From positions 1 through 61,730 of the forward strand of contig CALRBA010000003.1 of NCBI GenBank assembly GCA_943353835.1: 61,730 nt of DNA, given 5' to 3'. Below, piece by piece: positions 48,059-57,606 of this stretch. Both the position numbers and the translations under genes were made by a program. The notes below the pieces were generated by a model. It did not search any database and was not told where the DNA came from. It saw only the letters and a program-made list of their open reading frames with translations. Source of the stretch: Candidatus Nomurabacteria bacterium. GTDB taxonomy: Bacteria > Patescibacteriota > Minisyncoccia > Phycocordibacterales > Phycocordibacteraceae. Each line of letters begins with the position of its first letter. Within the stretch, counting starts at the first letter, position 1.

Positions 48059-49276
48059 ATGCGTACACTAAATGACATCATCCCTCCGTCTAGGAGAAAG
48101 GAGACAGGACATCTTACCGGCGGTACATCAGGTCGTGAACCACTTAATCTGTCAGTCGATAAACCGCCAAAATTTCCGTATACTACGCTCGGCGTCGTAG
48201 CGCTTGTCGTCGCGGTCTCTATCGGTGCGCTCTTCTACTTCTCTGTCGCCAAGGTTGAAGTAACACCTGGAACGGTCTCCGCGGCAGTGCAAAATTCGTT
48301 TACTGCTTCTAAGAGCACAGGCTCACTTCCGTTTGAAATCGTAACTTCACAGAAAATCGCTTCCCAAAGCGTCAAGAGCAGCGGTTCTAAAACCGTGAAT
48401 TCATCCGCATCCGGAACAATAACGGTCTACAACACGCAGACGAAATCTCAAAAGATTATCGCGAATACCCGCTTCGCTACTTCAGCAGGATTCATTTTCA
48501 GAATACGTTCGGCTATAACGGTGCCCGGAGGCACGTCTGTGAAGCCAGGTAGCATCACAACAAATGTATATGCGGACAAAACAGGTAGTTCTTATAATGT
48601 CGGTCCGACATCCTTTACTGTCCCTGGATTCGCAGGAACTTCGCAGGAGACAATGGTGTATGCGCGCTCTACAGAAGCAATGACCGGTGGCGCCTCCGGA
48701 ACCGTACCAATAGTAGACGCCACTCTTGAAGAACAGGCGCGAAACGCCCTTAAAACCGCACTCACCCCCGACCTTCTTGAAGGTATCAATAAACAAATTC
48801 CTCCCGGTTATGTTCTTATATCAGGAGCAATGACGACCGTTTATGAAGCACTTGATTCAGTACCCTCATCAACAACCGGTATGGTAGATATTAAAGAACA
48901 GGGAACTGTTACTGCAGTTATATTCCCGAACACCGCACTCGCAGAGAAGATCGCGTACTCCGTATCCGGACTCGGATATCAGGGAGAGCAAGTAACATTA
49001 TCTTCAACCGGCAACTTATTATTAGCGACCATGAATATGCCTGGACCGGACACGGAGACATTCTCGTTTACTCTGGCCGGAACCGCATCTCTCACATATA
49101 CTGTAGATAAGAGCCGTATATCAGCCGCCGTAGCAGGAAAGACGCGTTCGGCAGCAGAGGTCGCTCTTACTAATTATCCTGAAGTCAAGAGAGCCGTTAT
49201 CGTCCTACGGCCGTTCTGGAGACAGACATTCCCGCAGGACCCGTCCTCCATCACGGTCATTGTGACCGGTCAGTAA
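48059..49276 (+). CDS. Membrane-anchored protein with baseplate-J-like beta domain
   Basis: TM helix; ASGTITVYN..NTRF..VPG..V.AD..G..YN..MTGG pattern. Confidence 0.6.
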   Translation: MRTLNDIIPPSRRKETGHLTGGTSGREPLNLSVDKPPKFPYTTLGVVALVVAVSIGALFYFSVAKVEVTPGTVSAAVQNSFTASKSTGSLPFEIVTSQKIASQSVKSSGSKTVNSSASGTITVYNTQTKSQKIIANTRFATSAGFIFRIRSAITVPGGTSVKPGSITTNVYADKTGSSYNVGPTSFTVPGFAGTSQETMVYARSTEAMTGGASGTVPIVDATLEEQARNALKTALTPDLLEGINKQIPPGYVLISGAMTTVYEALDSVPSSTTGMVDIKEQGTVTAVIFPNTALAEKIAYSVSGLGYQGEQVTLSSTGNLLLATMNMPGPDTETFSFTLAGTASLTYTVDKSRISAAVAGKTRSAAEVALTNYPEVKRAVIVLRPFWRQTFPQDPSSITVIVTGQ

Positions 49277-49338
49277 TTTGACGATATTAGATACATCTGC
49301 TAGATTAATACAGTACTTGCATGAGTAATGAATAATAA

Positions 49339-49578
49339 ATGAGTGAAGGCGAAGATATTAAAACTACGGTAAACGGAACCGTTGAAGAAGTATTGCCGAA
49401 CTCGCTTTTTCGCGTTCGCATGCCAGCAAGTATTGAAGGAGAAACTGGAGAACTTATTCTTGCATACCTAGCTGGAAAGATGCGTTTGCATCGCATCCGC
49501 GTCTTGATGGGTGATTCAGTGGAGATGATTCTTGACCCGTACGGAGGCAAGGCGAGAATTGTGCGACGTTTAACATAA
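49339..49578 (+). CDS. infA: Translation initiation factor IF-1
   Basis: GTVEEVLPNSLFRV..LAGKMR..IRVLMGD.V. Confidence 0.95.
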   Translation: MSEGEDIKTTVNGTVEEVLPNSLFRVRMPASIEGETGELILAYLAGKMRLHRIRVLMGDSVEMILDPYGGKARIVRRLT

Positions 49579-49595
49579 TTATTTAAGCAATTACG

Positions 49596-49712
49596 ATGAA
49601 AGTTAAAGCATCAATAAAGGTACAACAGCCGGGAGACCAGCTCGTCAAGAGGGGCGGGCGTCTTTATCGTATTAATAAGAAGAACCCGCGTCGCAAGGCA
49701 AGACAAGGTTGA
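49596..49712 (+). CDS. rpmJ: 50S ribosomal protein L36, cysteine-free form
   Basis: Manual translation [38 protein letters not shown]; lies between infA and rpsM. Confidence 0.93.
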   Translation: MKVKASIKVQQPGDQLVKRGGRLYRINKKNPRRKARQG

Positions 49713-49739
49713 TATGTTTAAATATTTAAAAATTTCAAT

Positions 49740-50120
49740 ATGCGTATAGCAGGCGTTACAATTTCAGATAATAAACAGCTCGCTTATTCACTGCCGATTA
49801 TTTTCGGTATAGGCCCCGCGCGAGCGCGCGATATCCTCAAGCAGGTCGGCGTTCCTGCGAACAAGAAGGGTGGCGAGATAACAAGCGATGAAGAGCAGAA
49901 AATTCGTTCGCTCGCAGAAGGGTTCACGATTGAGGGCGAGCTTCGTAGAGAGATCGGACAGAACATCAAGCGTCTTAAGGATATACGCTCCGCGCGTGGA
50001 GATCGTCATGCGCGCGGACTGCCGGTGAGAGGTCAGCGGACTAAGACAAATTCACGTACGCGCCGAGGCAATGTGAGAAAGACAATGACCTCCGGTCGCC
50101 GTACGTTGGAAAAGACGTAA
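49740..50120 (+). CDS. rpsM: 30S ribosomal protein S13
   Basis: RIAGV, IFGIG, EGELRR, RGLPVRGQRTKTNSRTR. Confidence 0.97.
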   Translation: MRIAGVTISDNKQLAYSLPIIFGIGPARARDILKQVGVPANKKGGEITSDEEQKIRSLAEGFTIEGELRREIGQNIKRLKDIRSARGDRHARGLPVRGQRTKTNSRTRRGNVRKTMTSGRRTLEKT

Positions 50121-50147
50121 AATTTATTTTGCAAATATTATAAAGCT

Positions 50148-50582
50148 ATGGGTAAAAAACGCATCATCAAGAAGAGTGGCAGAGGCATGGACGCAGGGCG
50201 TAAGGAACGCGCAATGTCTAAAGTGACTAAGCGTCATCTGGATAAAGGAATTCTCCACATTGAGGCGACATTCAATAATACGAAGGCTATTCTCACCGAC
50301 GAAAAGGGTAATGCTGTCGTCTCCTCCAGCGCGGGAGCACTCGGCTTCTCCGGCGCAAGGAAGTCTACGCCATACGCGGCAGCAAAGGTCGGTGAATTTC
50401 TCGGTGAGAAGGGAATGATGATAGGCCTGAAAGAGGCTACTGTCATCATTAGGGGAGTTGGCGCTGGTCGCGAGTCCGTCCTGCGGGCATTCTCTGGCAA
50501 GGGAGTGCAGATAAAGTCCATCAAGGACGTAACACCGGTCCCGCACAACGGGCCGAGACCGCCGAAGCCTCGTCGCGTATAG
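50148..50582 (+). CDS. rpsK: 30S ribosomal protein S11
   Basis: ATFNNT, RKSTPYAA, DVTPVPHNG. Confidence 0.97.
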   Translation: MGKKRIIKKSGRGMDAGRKERAMSKVTKRHLDKGILHIEATFNNTKAILTDEKGNAVVSSSAGALGFSGARKSTPYAAAKVGEFLGEKGMMIGLKEATVIIRGVGAGRESVLRAFSGKGVQIKSIKDVTPVPHNGPRPPKPRRV

Positions 50583-50610
50583 TTATGTTTAAACATTTAA
50601 ATATTTAAAT

Positions 50611-51225
50611 ATGATCACCGGACCACGATATAAAATAGCAAAGCGCTTGGGCGCTACAGTATTTGAAAAAGCGCAGACCCAAAAGTTTGCGTTATCTGCC
50701 GACCGTTCCGCGAAGAATAAGAAGCGCAGTCGCGGTCGGACTAGTGAATACGGCAAGCAAATGCTGGAGAAACAGAAGGTGCGTATAACGTACGGGCTGC
50801 CTGAAAAACAGTTCCGTAATTACGTGCACAAATCACTCGCCGAGGTTCATAATGTCCAGCCAAGCGAACGTCTGCACGAGCTTCTTGAGATGCGTTTGGA
50901 CAACGTTGTCTGGCGCCTCGGTCTCTCCCCGACGCGTCGTGGAGCTCGGCAGATGGTCGCGCACGGCCATGTGACGGTGAACGGAAAGAAAAGCCGTGTC
51001 CCGTCGCAGGCGCTCAAGGTCGGTGAGACGATTGCTGTGCGCGAAGGGTCTAAGAAGCACGGTGTTCTCGTCGGGTTCAATGAGCGATTCATAGAGCGAC
51101 CGATGCCGTCGTGGCTCATCTGGGACCCGAAGAAAATGGAGGGCTCTATAAAAGAGCGTCCAACGAATGCTTCGGCGGACACTGCAGGCGACCTCGTCGC
51201 CGTACTCTCGTTCTATACGAGATAG
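50611..51225 (+). CDS. rpsD: 30S ribosomal protein S4
   Basis: SEYGKQMLEKQK, LEMRLDNVV, ARQMVAHGH. Confidence 0.97.
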   Translation: MITGPRYKIAKRLGATVFEKAQTQKFALSADRSAKNKKRSRGRTSEYGKQMLEKQKVRITYGLPEKQFRNYVHKSLAEVHNVQPSERLHELLEMRLDNVVWRLGLSPTRRGARQMVAHGHVTVNGKKSRVPSQALKVGETIAVREGSKKHGVLVGFNERFIERPMPSWLIWDPKKMEGSIKERPTNASADTAGDLVAVLSFYTR

Positions 51226-51273
51226 TCGGTTATATTATTTGGAGTATTAATCATTGGTAATTACGATTGCGTT

Positions 51274-52215
51274 ATGGAATACCACATCACACTACCGAGC
51301 AAGCCGCGTATTGTTTCTGAAGAAGGGCTACAGGGCGTTTATGAAATAGATTCACTTTATCCGGGATACGGTCACACGCTCGGCAATTCTCTGCGCCGTA
51401 TTATTCTATCCTCGCTACCTGGAGCGTCTGTTACGCAGGTCAAGATTGAAGGAGTTCCTCATGAATTCGCCACGATCGAAGGCTCTCGCGAAACGGTTAT
51501 GGAGATACTTCTGAATCTGAAGCGCGTACACTTCGTTCTCCACGGTGACGAGCCTCAGACTATTTCGCTCATCACTAAGGGTTCCGGTGAAGTTACGGCA
51601 AAAGATTTTAAACTACCGAGCCAAGTGGAAATAATGAATCCTGAACAGCACATCTGCGACCTCTCTGGCAAAGCGTTGCTGGAGCTGGAGGCAACTATTG
51701 AACGCGGATTGGGTTACGTCGCTCGCGAAGTTTTAACAAAAGACAAAGTAGATATCGGCACAATAGCACTTGATGCGACGTTCACGCCGATTCGTCGTGT
51801 GAATTATGAAGTAGAGAATATGCGCGTTGGCGACCGCACCGACTTCAATCGTCTGCGCATTCTTATTGAAACGAACGGCACTATATCCCCTCGCGAAGCG
51901 CTGGAGAAGTCTATTGAAACGATGATTCACCAGTTGAAGGCTGTTATCGGTTTCCAAGAATCTGAAACGCCATCCTCCGTCAAGGCTATGGAGGGCGACG
52001 CGCCATCTACGGGCGCGTCGAAGATTAAAGTGGCTGACTTAGATCTCACCCCACGTGTTACTTCCTCACTTGAAGAGGCAGGCATCAAGAGCGCAGCAGG
52101 GCTCACGAGGAAGACGGCAAGCACTCTTAAAGAACTTGACGGTATCGGCGAGAAGGCGATTGAAGAAATTTCTGTTGCGCTAGCCGGTCATGGACTGACA
52201 TTGAAGGCCGAGTAA
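51274..52215 (+). CDS. rpoA: RNA polymerase alpha subunit
   Basis: GYGHTLGNSLRRIILSS, HEF.TIEG, DATFTPIRRV, RVG.RTDF. Confidence 0.97.
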   Translation: MEYHITLPSKPRIVSEEGLQGVYEIDSLYPGYGHTLGNSLRRIILSSLPGASVTQVKIEGVPHEFATIEGSRETVMEILLNLKRVHFVLHGDEPQTISLITKGSGEVTAKDFKLPSQVEIMNPEQHICDLSGKALLELEATIERGLGYVAREVLTKDKVDIGTIALDATFTPIRRVNYEVENMRVGDRTDFNRLRILIETNGTISPREALEKSIETMIHQLKAVIGFQESETPSSVKAMEGDAPSTGASKIKVADLDLTPRVTSSLEEAGIKSAAGLTRKTASTLKELDGIGEKAIEEISVALAGHGLTLKAE

Positions 52216-52220
52216 TCATT

Positions 52221-52574
52221 ATGGCGTACACAACAAAAGGTCAGACATTTCATCGAGAAGCCGGTCAGCGCCGAGCGCTCATTAAGTCGCTTGCGCGCTC
52301 GCTCGTCTTGGAAGAAAGAATCTCCACAACCGAGGCGAAGGCCAAGGCGCTCCGTCCCTTCGTAGAGCGCCTCGTCTCGTATGCTAAGACGAACACGCTC
52401 GCGTCTCGCCGGCTTGCAATAGAGAAACTCGGAGACAAGACGGCAGTGAAGAAGCTCTTCGGTTCTATCGGTCCTCGCTACGCGAAGCGAGCCGGCGGAT
52501 ACATTCGCGTAACCAAGCGTACAAAGCGCGGGAGCAACGATGCTCGTAAGCTTGCGTACATTTCATTCGTATAG
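52221..52574 (+). CDS. rplQ: 50S ribosomal protein L17
   Basis: ISTTEAKAKALR, RAGGYIRV. Confidence 0.95.
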   Translation: MAYTTKGQTFHREAGQRRALIKSLARSLVLEERISTTEAKAKALRPFVERLVSYAKTNTLASRRLAIEKLGDKTAVKKLFGSIGPRYAKRAGGYIRVTKRTKRGSNDARKLAYISFV

Positions 52575-52583
52575 TATTTATAC

Positions 52584-52961
52584 ATGAACATGACCACAAA
52601 CACGAAACCGGCTCCAACAACGCACATCATAGATGCGACTGACCGCACTCTCGGACGAGTAGCGAGCGAGGCAGCGCACGCGCTTCTCGGCAAGCGCTCC
52701 GTGCGCTTCAGTAAGAATCAGGCGATACCGGTCACTGTCACGGTAAACAACGCGAGCAAGCTTCATCTACCCAAGATCCGTACCGCGGGCAAGGTCTACA
52801 CACGCTACACCGGATATCCGGGAGGCTTCTACGAGATGACGATGGAAGAAATGATTATAAAAAAGGGAATTGCAGAAGTTGTAAAAAAGACAGTGGACGG
52901 TATGATTCCACGCAATAAACTCCGCAAGCCCCGGATGAAGAATTTGATAGTCAACGCATAA
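52584..52961 (+). CDS. rplM: 50S ribosomal protein L13 (short)
   Basis: IDAT..LGRVAS..LLGK, YTGYPGG, GMIPRNKL. Confidence 0.95.
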   Translation: MNMTTNTKPAPTTHIIDATDRTLGRVASEAAHALLGKRSVRFSKNQAIPVTVTVNNASKLHLPKIRTAGKVYTRYTGYPGGFYEMTMEEMIIKKGIAEVVKKTVDGMIPRNKLRKPRMKNLIVNA

Positions 52962-52965
52962 TAAT

Positions 52966-53361
52966 ATGGCAACACAATTTATCACCGCAGTCGGGCGCCG
53001 GAAGACCGCTATCGCGAGCGTGCGTATGTCGGTCGCGCCGACTTCAAGTCTCGTGGTGAACGGAAAAAGTCCGAAAGAATATTTCAAAACAGACCTGCGC
53101 GCGATCATCGCAGAAGAAGCTCTCGCTAAGGCGGAGAGCACCGACAACTACCGCGTCACCGCGCATGCGTCTGGTGGAGGTATCGCCGCACAGGCGGACG
53201 CAGTGCGCCACGCGATAGCTCGTGCACTGATTAAGGCAGAGCCGAAGACACGCACCGTCCTTAAGAAGGCGACCTTCCTCAAGCGCGACCCACGCGCTAA
53301 GGAACGCAAGAAGCCGGGCCTCGTCAAAGCCCGCAAAGCCAAGCAGTGGTCCAAGCGCTAG
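52966..53361 (+). CDS. rpsI: 30S ribosomal protein S9
   Basis: GRRKTAIA, GGGIAAQA, RDPRAKERKKPG..QWSKR. Confidence 0.97.
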   Translation: MATQFITAVGRRKTAIASVRMSVAPTSSLVVNGKSPKEYFKTDLRAIIAEEALAKAESTDNYRVTAHASGGGIAAQADAVRHAIARALIKAEPKTRTVLKKATFLKRDPRAKERKKPGLVKARKAKQWSKR

Positions 53362-53365
53362 TCAG

Positions 53366-53388
53366 TTACATAGGACAGTCCTATGTAA
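53366..53388. repeat. 23-bp palindrome between rpsI and grpE
   Basis: ttacataggac-a-gtcctatgtaa. Confidence 0.8.
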
Positions 53389-53447
53389 TACGAAATTTCA
53401 GACAAGAGAAATTTGATTTAACGCGAAGTTTCGGGCATAATGGAAAA

Positions 53448-53993
53448 ATGCAAGAAGAAGATGATGCCGAGCAACGAGGTCCTGAGTCAGACGAGAGGAT
53501 AGAGATTGAGGACCCAGAAGGCGAAGAAAAGGCGGAGAATAAAATCGCAAAGATGCGTGATGATTTGAAGAGCTGTCGACAGGAAAGCCGGGAATATATG
53601 GACGGATGGCAGAGAGCCAAGGCCGACTATGTAAACTTGCTTAAGAGAATTGAAACTGGAGCTAAAGCATCGGAGTTAAAAGGGAGAGTGGAGGCAGTAG
53701 AGACACTTCTGCCAGCCTTTGACGCTCTGGAGCGTGCTAAAGGGCATGGAGATGTCCCAGAAGGGTTCATGGGAATCGCCAAGCAGTTGGAAATGGCGTT
53801 CGCAGGTCTTGGACTTGAAGAAATTGGAAAAGTTGGAGAGAAGTTTAATCCGTCACTTCACGAGGCGTTGGGGCAGGACAAGGTTGAATCGGTAGAAGAA
53901 GATGATACAATTACGATAATACTCGAGAAGGGATGGCGAGTTGGTGACAGTATTATTCGTCCTGCTAAGGTGCGTGTCGGACATTTTAATTAA
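53448..53993 (+). CDS. grpE: Nucleotide exchange factor GrpE
   Basis: [37 protein letters not shown]. Confidence 0.95.
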   Translation: MQEEDDAEQRGPESDERIEIEDPEGEEKAENKIAKMRDDLKSCRQESREYMDGWQRAKADYVNLLKRIETGAKASELKGRVEAVETLLPAFDALERAKGHGDVPEGFMGIAKQLEMAFAGLGLEEIGKVGEKFNPSLHEALGQDKVESVEEDDTITIILEKGWRVGDSIIRPAKVRVGHFN

Positions 53994-54007
53994 TCTATTT
54001 ATTACAT

Positions 54008-55903
54008 ATGGCAAAAATACTTGGTATTGATTTGGGCACGACTAATTCGGCAATTGCTATCGTTGAGGGAGGTGAACCGCGTGTTCTGGAGAACGCCGAG
54101 GGCGCACGCACAACGCCCTCAATAGTAGCGATAGGGAAGAACGGCGAGCGTATCGTCGGCACGCTCGCGAAGCGCCAGTCCATCACCAATCCACTCAATA
54201 CCATTTTCCCAATCAAACGCTTTATCGGCCACACATTTGACGAGCCGGAGGTGCAGAAAGATAAGGCCGTTGTGCCGTTTGAAATGCGCAAGGGCGACAC
54301 AGGTGGTGTGGAGGTGAAGATGACAGAGAAGTGGTACCGTTCTGAAGAAATCTCGGCGATGATATTGGGCAAGTTGAAGGCTGACGCCGAAGCTAAGTTG
54401 GGCGAGAAGATTACACAGGCGGTCATTACAGTTCCAGCATACTTCAACGACGACCAGCGGAGCGCGACCAAGGCTGCGGGGCAGATCGCCGGTCTTGAAG
54501 TGCTACGCATTATCAACGAACCGACAGCAGCGGCACTCGCCTATGGATTTAATAAAAAGAAAGACGAGAAGATAGCGGTCTTTGACTTTGGCGGCGGAAC
54601 ATTTGATATTTCAGTGCTTGAAGTTGGTGGGGATGTGATAGAGGTTAAGAGTACCGATGGCGACGCGCACTTGGGAGGCAAGGATATTGACCAGAAGATT
54701 ATTAATTGGCTTGCGGATGAATTTAAAAAAGAGAGCGGAATAGATGTTCGTACAGACGCTCTCGCGCGTCAGCGTTTGGACGAGGCTGCAGAAAAAGCAA
54801 AGATAGAACTCAGTAGCGCCATGGAAACTGAAATCAATATCCCGTTCTTGACGTCCGATGCTTCTGGCCCTCGCCACCTGCTGATTAAGATGACGCGAGC
54901 GAAGCTTGAAGACCTCGCTGGAGAATTTATCCAGAGAGCGATGGACATCACCAAGCGTGCCATGGAAGCATCTCCATTCAAGGTTAACGATATAAATGAG
55001 GTGATTTTAGTAGGCGGGCAGACGCGTATGCCGAAGATGCAGACAGAGGTAGAGAAATTCTTCGGTAAAAAACCGAACATGACGGTGAACCCTGACGAAG
55101 TCGTCGCCATTGGCGCAGCGATTCAGGCAGGCATTCTCCAAGGCGACGTGAAGGACATTCTTCTTGTGGACGTCATTCCACTTTCACTCGCCATAGAGAC
55201 GATGGGTGGTGTAGCAACAAAACTTGTTGAGAGAAATACGGCGATTCCAACAAGTCGCTCACAGACATTCTCAACTGCGGCAGATAATCAGGCATCTGTA
55301 GAAATTCATATCACACAAGGCGAACGTGCGATGAGCGCCGACAATAAGTCATTGGGCAAGTTTATGCTGGATGGCATTCCGCCGTCTCCGCGAGGTATGC
55401 CTCAGGTAGAAGTGAAGTTTGACATTGATGCTTCCGGAATCCTCACCGTCACCGCCAAGGAAAAGACAACCGGCAAAGAGCAGTCAATCAAAATTGCTGG
55501 TTCTACTGGTCTCTCTAAGGAGGATATCGCGAAGATGCAGGCAGATGCCGAAGCACACGCCGAAGACGATGAGAAGCGCAAGGAGCTCGTAGAAGCGAGG
55601 AACATCGCCGACCAAGCTGTGTATGCCGCCGAGAAGGCGATAAAGGAAAACGGTGAGAAAGCTGGGGCAGAAGTGGTAAAAGAGGTACAAGACAAGATTG
55701 ATGCGCTCAAAACCGCGCGGGCGAGCGAGGACTCTGCGCTCATCAAGACCGCGACCGAGACGCTCTCGTCCGCGCTTTCTAAAATAGGCGAAGTAATGGC
55801 AAAAGCGAGTGAGCAGACTCCGCCTCCCGCAGGCGAAGCCGGAGGTCCCGAGTCTGGTGAAGGGACTCCAGCCACCGACGCAGAATTTAAAGAAAAACCG
55901 TAA
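54008..55903 (+). CDS. dnaK: Chaperone DnaK
   Basis: [32 protein letters not shown]. Confidence 0.99.
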   Translation: MAKILGIDLGTTNSAIAIVEGGEPRVLENAEGARTTPSIVAIGKNGERIVGTLAKRQSITNPLNTIFPIKRFIGHTFDEPEVQKDKAVVPFEMRKGDTGGVEVKMTEKWYRSEEISAMILGKLKADAEAKLGEKITQAVITVPAYFNDDQRSATKAAGQIAGLEVLRIINEPTAAALAYGFNKKKDEKIAVFDFGGGTFDISVLEVGGDVIEVKSTDGDAHLGGKDIDQKIINWLADEFKKESGIDVRTDALARQRLDEAAEKAKIELSSAMETEINIPFLTSDASGPRHLLIKMTRAKLEDLAGEFIQRAMDITKRAMEASPFKVNDINEVILVGGQTRMPKMQTEVEKFFGKKPNMTVNPDEVVAIGAAIQAGILQGDVKDILLVDVIPLSLAIETMGGVATKLVERNTAIPTSRSQTFSTAADNQASVEIHITQGERAMSADNKSLGKFMLDGIPPSPRGMPQVEVKFDIDASGILTVTAKEKTTGKEQSIKIAGSTGLSKEDIAKMQADAEAHAEDDEKRKELVEARNIADQAVYAAEKAIKENGEKAGAEVVKEVQDKIDALKTARASEDSALIKTATETLSSALSKIGEVMAKASEQTPPPAGEAGGPESGEGTPATDAEFKEKP

Positions 55904-55909
55904 TCCAAA

Positions 55910-57052
55910 ATGGCTACGACAAAAGACTATTACAACGTGCTGGGAGTGGATAAGAAGGCGACGCCGGACGACATCAAGATGGCGTTCCGGAAGCTCGCGC
56001 ATAAATACCATCCCGATAAAGGCGGTACCGACGAGGCGAAGTTTAAGGAAATTACCGAGGCATATTCAGTGTTGAGCGACGATAAAAAGCGTCGTGAATA
56101 CGATACGTATGGGCAGGCATTCGCCGGTTCGACGGGCTCACGGCAAGCCGGCGGTGGTCACGGTCAGTCGGAGGACACACAAGGGAATCCGTTCGGCGGA
56201 TTTGACTTCAGCGGCTTTCAACAGGGCTTTGGAGACGGCGGGGTGGAATTCGATTTCGGCGATATATTTGGTGACATATTTTCTGGCCGTGGCGGTTCAC
56301 CCCGAGCGCATCCGAGGGGCCGCGACATCTCTATTGATTTGGAAATCTCTTTTAAGGATGCAGTGTTTGGCACAACGCGAAATGTGTTAATCGCCAAAGT
56401 TTCTAAATGCAATTTCTGTCACGGCTCGGGGGCGAAGGCTGGGACCGAGCTGGAGAAATGCACCATCTGTAACGGTAGCGGTAGCGTACGTGAAGCGCGC
56501 AACTCTATCCTCGGGCAATTTACCAGTGTGCGCGCCTGTACTGTCTGTGATGGCATCGGTAAAATCCCTAAGGAGAAGTGTCCGGAGTGCAAGGGTCATG
56601 GCACTCTGCGCAGACAAGAAGAAATTAAAATCAACATCCCATCCGGCATAGACAATGGCGAGATGATTCGCATGACGGGGCAGGGCGAGGCGATTAAGAC
56701 CGGCGTGGCTGGCGACCTCTATGTAAAAGTGCATGTGAAGTCGCATGCAGTTTTCCGTCGCGAGAATGCGAATCTTATTATGCATCTACCAGTGAAGCTT
56801 ACCGACTCGCTTCTCGGAACGACTGTTTCTATAGAGACTCTTGAAGGAAAGACACTTGAAGTAAAAATCCCACCGATGAAGCGCGCAGAGGAATTACTGC
56901 GCGTGCGCGGTAATGGCATCCCCGTCGGCGGTGGCTTGTCCAGAGCGGAGTCGAGGGGCGACCTCATCATCCGCTTGGAGGTAGCTCTTCCACACAAGCT
57001 CTCTGGTAAGGCAAAAAAGTTTATTGAAGACCTAAAGTCAGAAGGTCTTTAG
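55910..57052 (+). CDS. dnaJ: Chaperone DnaJ
   Basis: J domain HPD, G/F region, four CxxCxGxG repeats. Confidence 0.98.
   Translation: MATTKDYYNVLGVDKKATPDDIKMAFRKLAHKYHPDKGGTDEAKFKEITEAYSVLSDDKKRREYDTYGQAFAGSTGSRQAGGGHGQSEDTQGNPFGGFDFSGFQQGFGDGGVEFDFGDIFGDIFSGRGGSPRAHPRGRDISIDLEISFKDAVFGTTRNVLIAKVSKCNFCHGSGAKAGTELEKCTICNGSGSVREARNSILGQFTSVRACTVCDGIGKIPKEKCPECKGHGTLRRQEEIKINIPSGIDNGEMIRMTGQGEAIKTGVAGDLYVKVHVKSHAVFRRENANLIMHLPVKLTDSLLGTTVSIETLEGKTLEVKIPPMKRAEELLRVRGNGIPVGGGLSRAESRGDLIIRLEVALPHKLSGKAKKFIEDLKSEGL
56123..56152 (+). repeat. TTCGAC..GCTC REP-like element in frame in dnaJ
   Basis: gccggttcgacgggctcacggcaagccggc; encodes [10 protein letters not shown]. Confidence 0.6.
56933..56959 (-). 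repeat. TCGAC..GCTC REP-like element in frame in dnaJ
   Basis: Reverse complement gcccctcgactccgctctggacaagcc; encodes GLSRAESRG. Confidence 0.65.
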
Positions 57053-57069
57053 CACGCTATACTTAAAGA

Positions 57070-57591
57070 ATGACCGCAACCGATGGATTAGCGAAGGTAA
57101 ATGAGCTAGCGACGAATTACGCATTTACAGCTTGGAATAGCGTGAGTGACTTTCTAATTATTATAATTTTGTTCAGCATACTGTTTCTCTTCGCGTGGTA
57201 TGTGGGGCGCGCCACACTCGTTTCTGTTCTAATTGCGTTCTACGCCAGCTTTGCAATCTACAAAGTGTTTCCGTATATGTCATACTTGCCCACAGCGCCG
57301 GCGCTCACAGCACTTCTTGCACATGTCGGCCTCTATGCGGCTCTGACGCTCGCGTTCTATATCATCCTGCGGCGCGTCGTCGTCTCCGACTTTCTCTATG
57401 TCGGCATATTCGGTACAATCATACTTTCATTTCTTGGCGCGACATTTATAATCGCTCTCGCATATCATGTTTTCCCCGTTGCAGAGGTCTACCGTTTTAC
57501 TCCGGCCATTGACCTACTGTTCGCGGCAAAAACGTATTTCTTTTGGTGGTTCACCGCTCCCGCCATTGGTCTCTTTTTTCTCGCGCGGTAA
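57070..57591 (+). CDS. Hypothetical membrane protein (possibly CvpA-like)
   Basis: Five hydrophobic helices; TATACT ends 6 nt before the ATG. Confidence 0.7.
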   Translation: MTATDGLAKVNELATNYAFTAWNSVSDFLIIIILFSILFLFAWYVGRATLVSVLIAFYASFAIYKVFPYMSYLPTAPALTALLAHVGLYAALTLAFYIILRRVVVSDFLYVGIFGTIILSFLGATFIIALAYHVFPVAEVYRFTPAIDLLFAAKTYFFWWFTAPAIGLFFLAR

Positions 57592-57606
57592 TGCTATATT
57601 TTATCA

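Noticed and set aside
49596-49712. Alternative genetic code (TGA read as Gly, as in Gracilibacteria/Absconditabacteria)
   Set aside because: rpmJ and uvrC end at TGA at plausible positions, and long conserved genes are uninterrupted under code 11.
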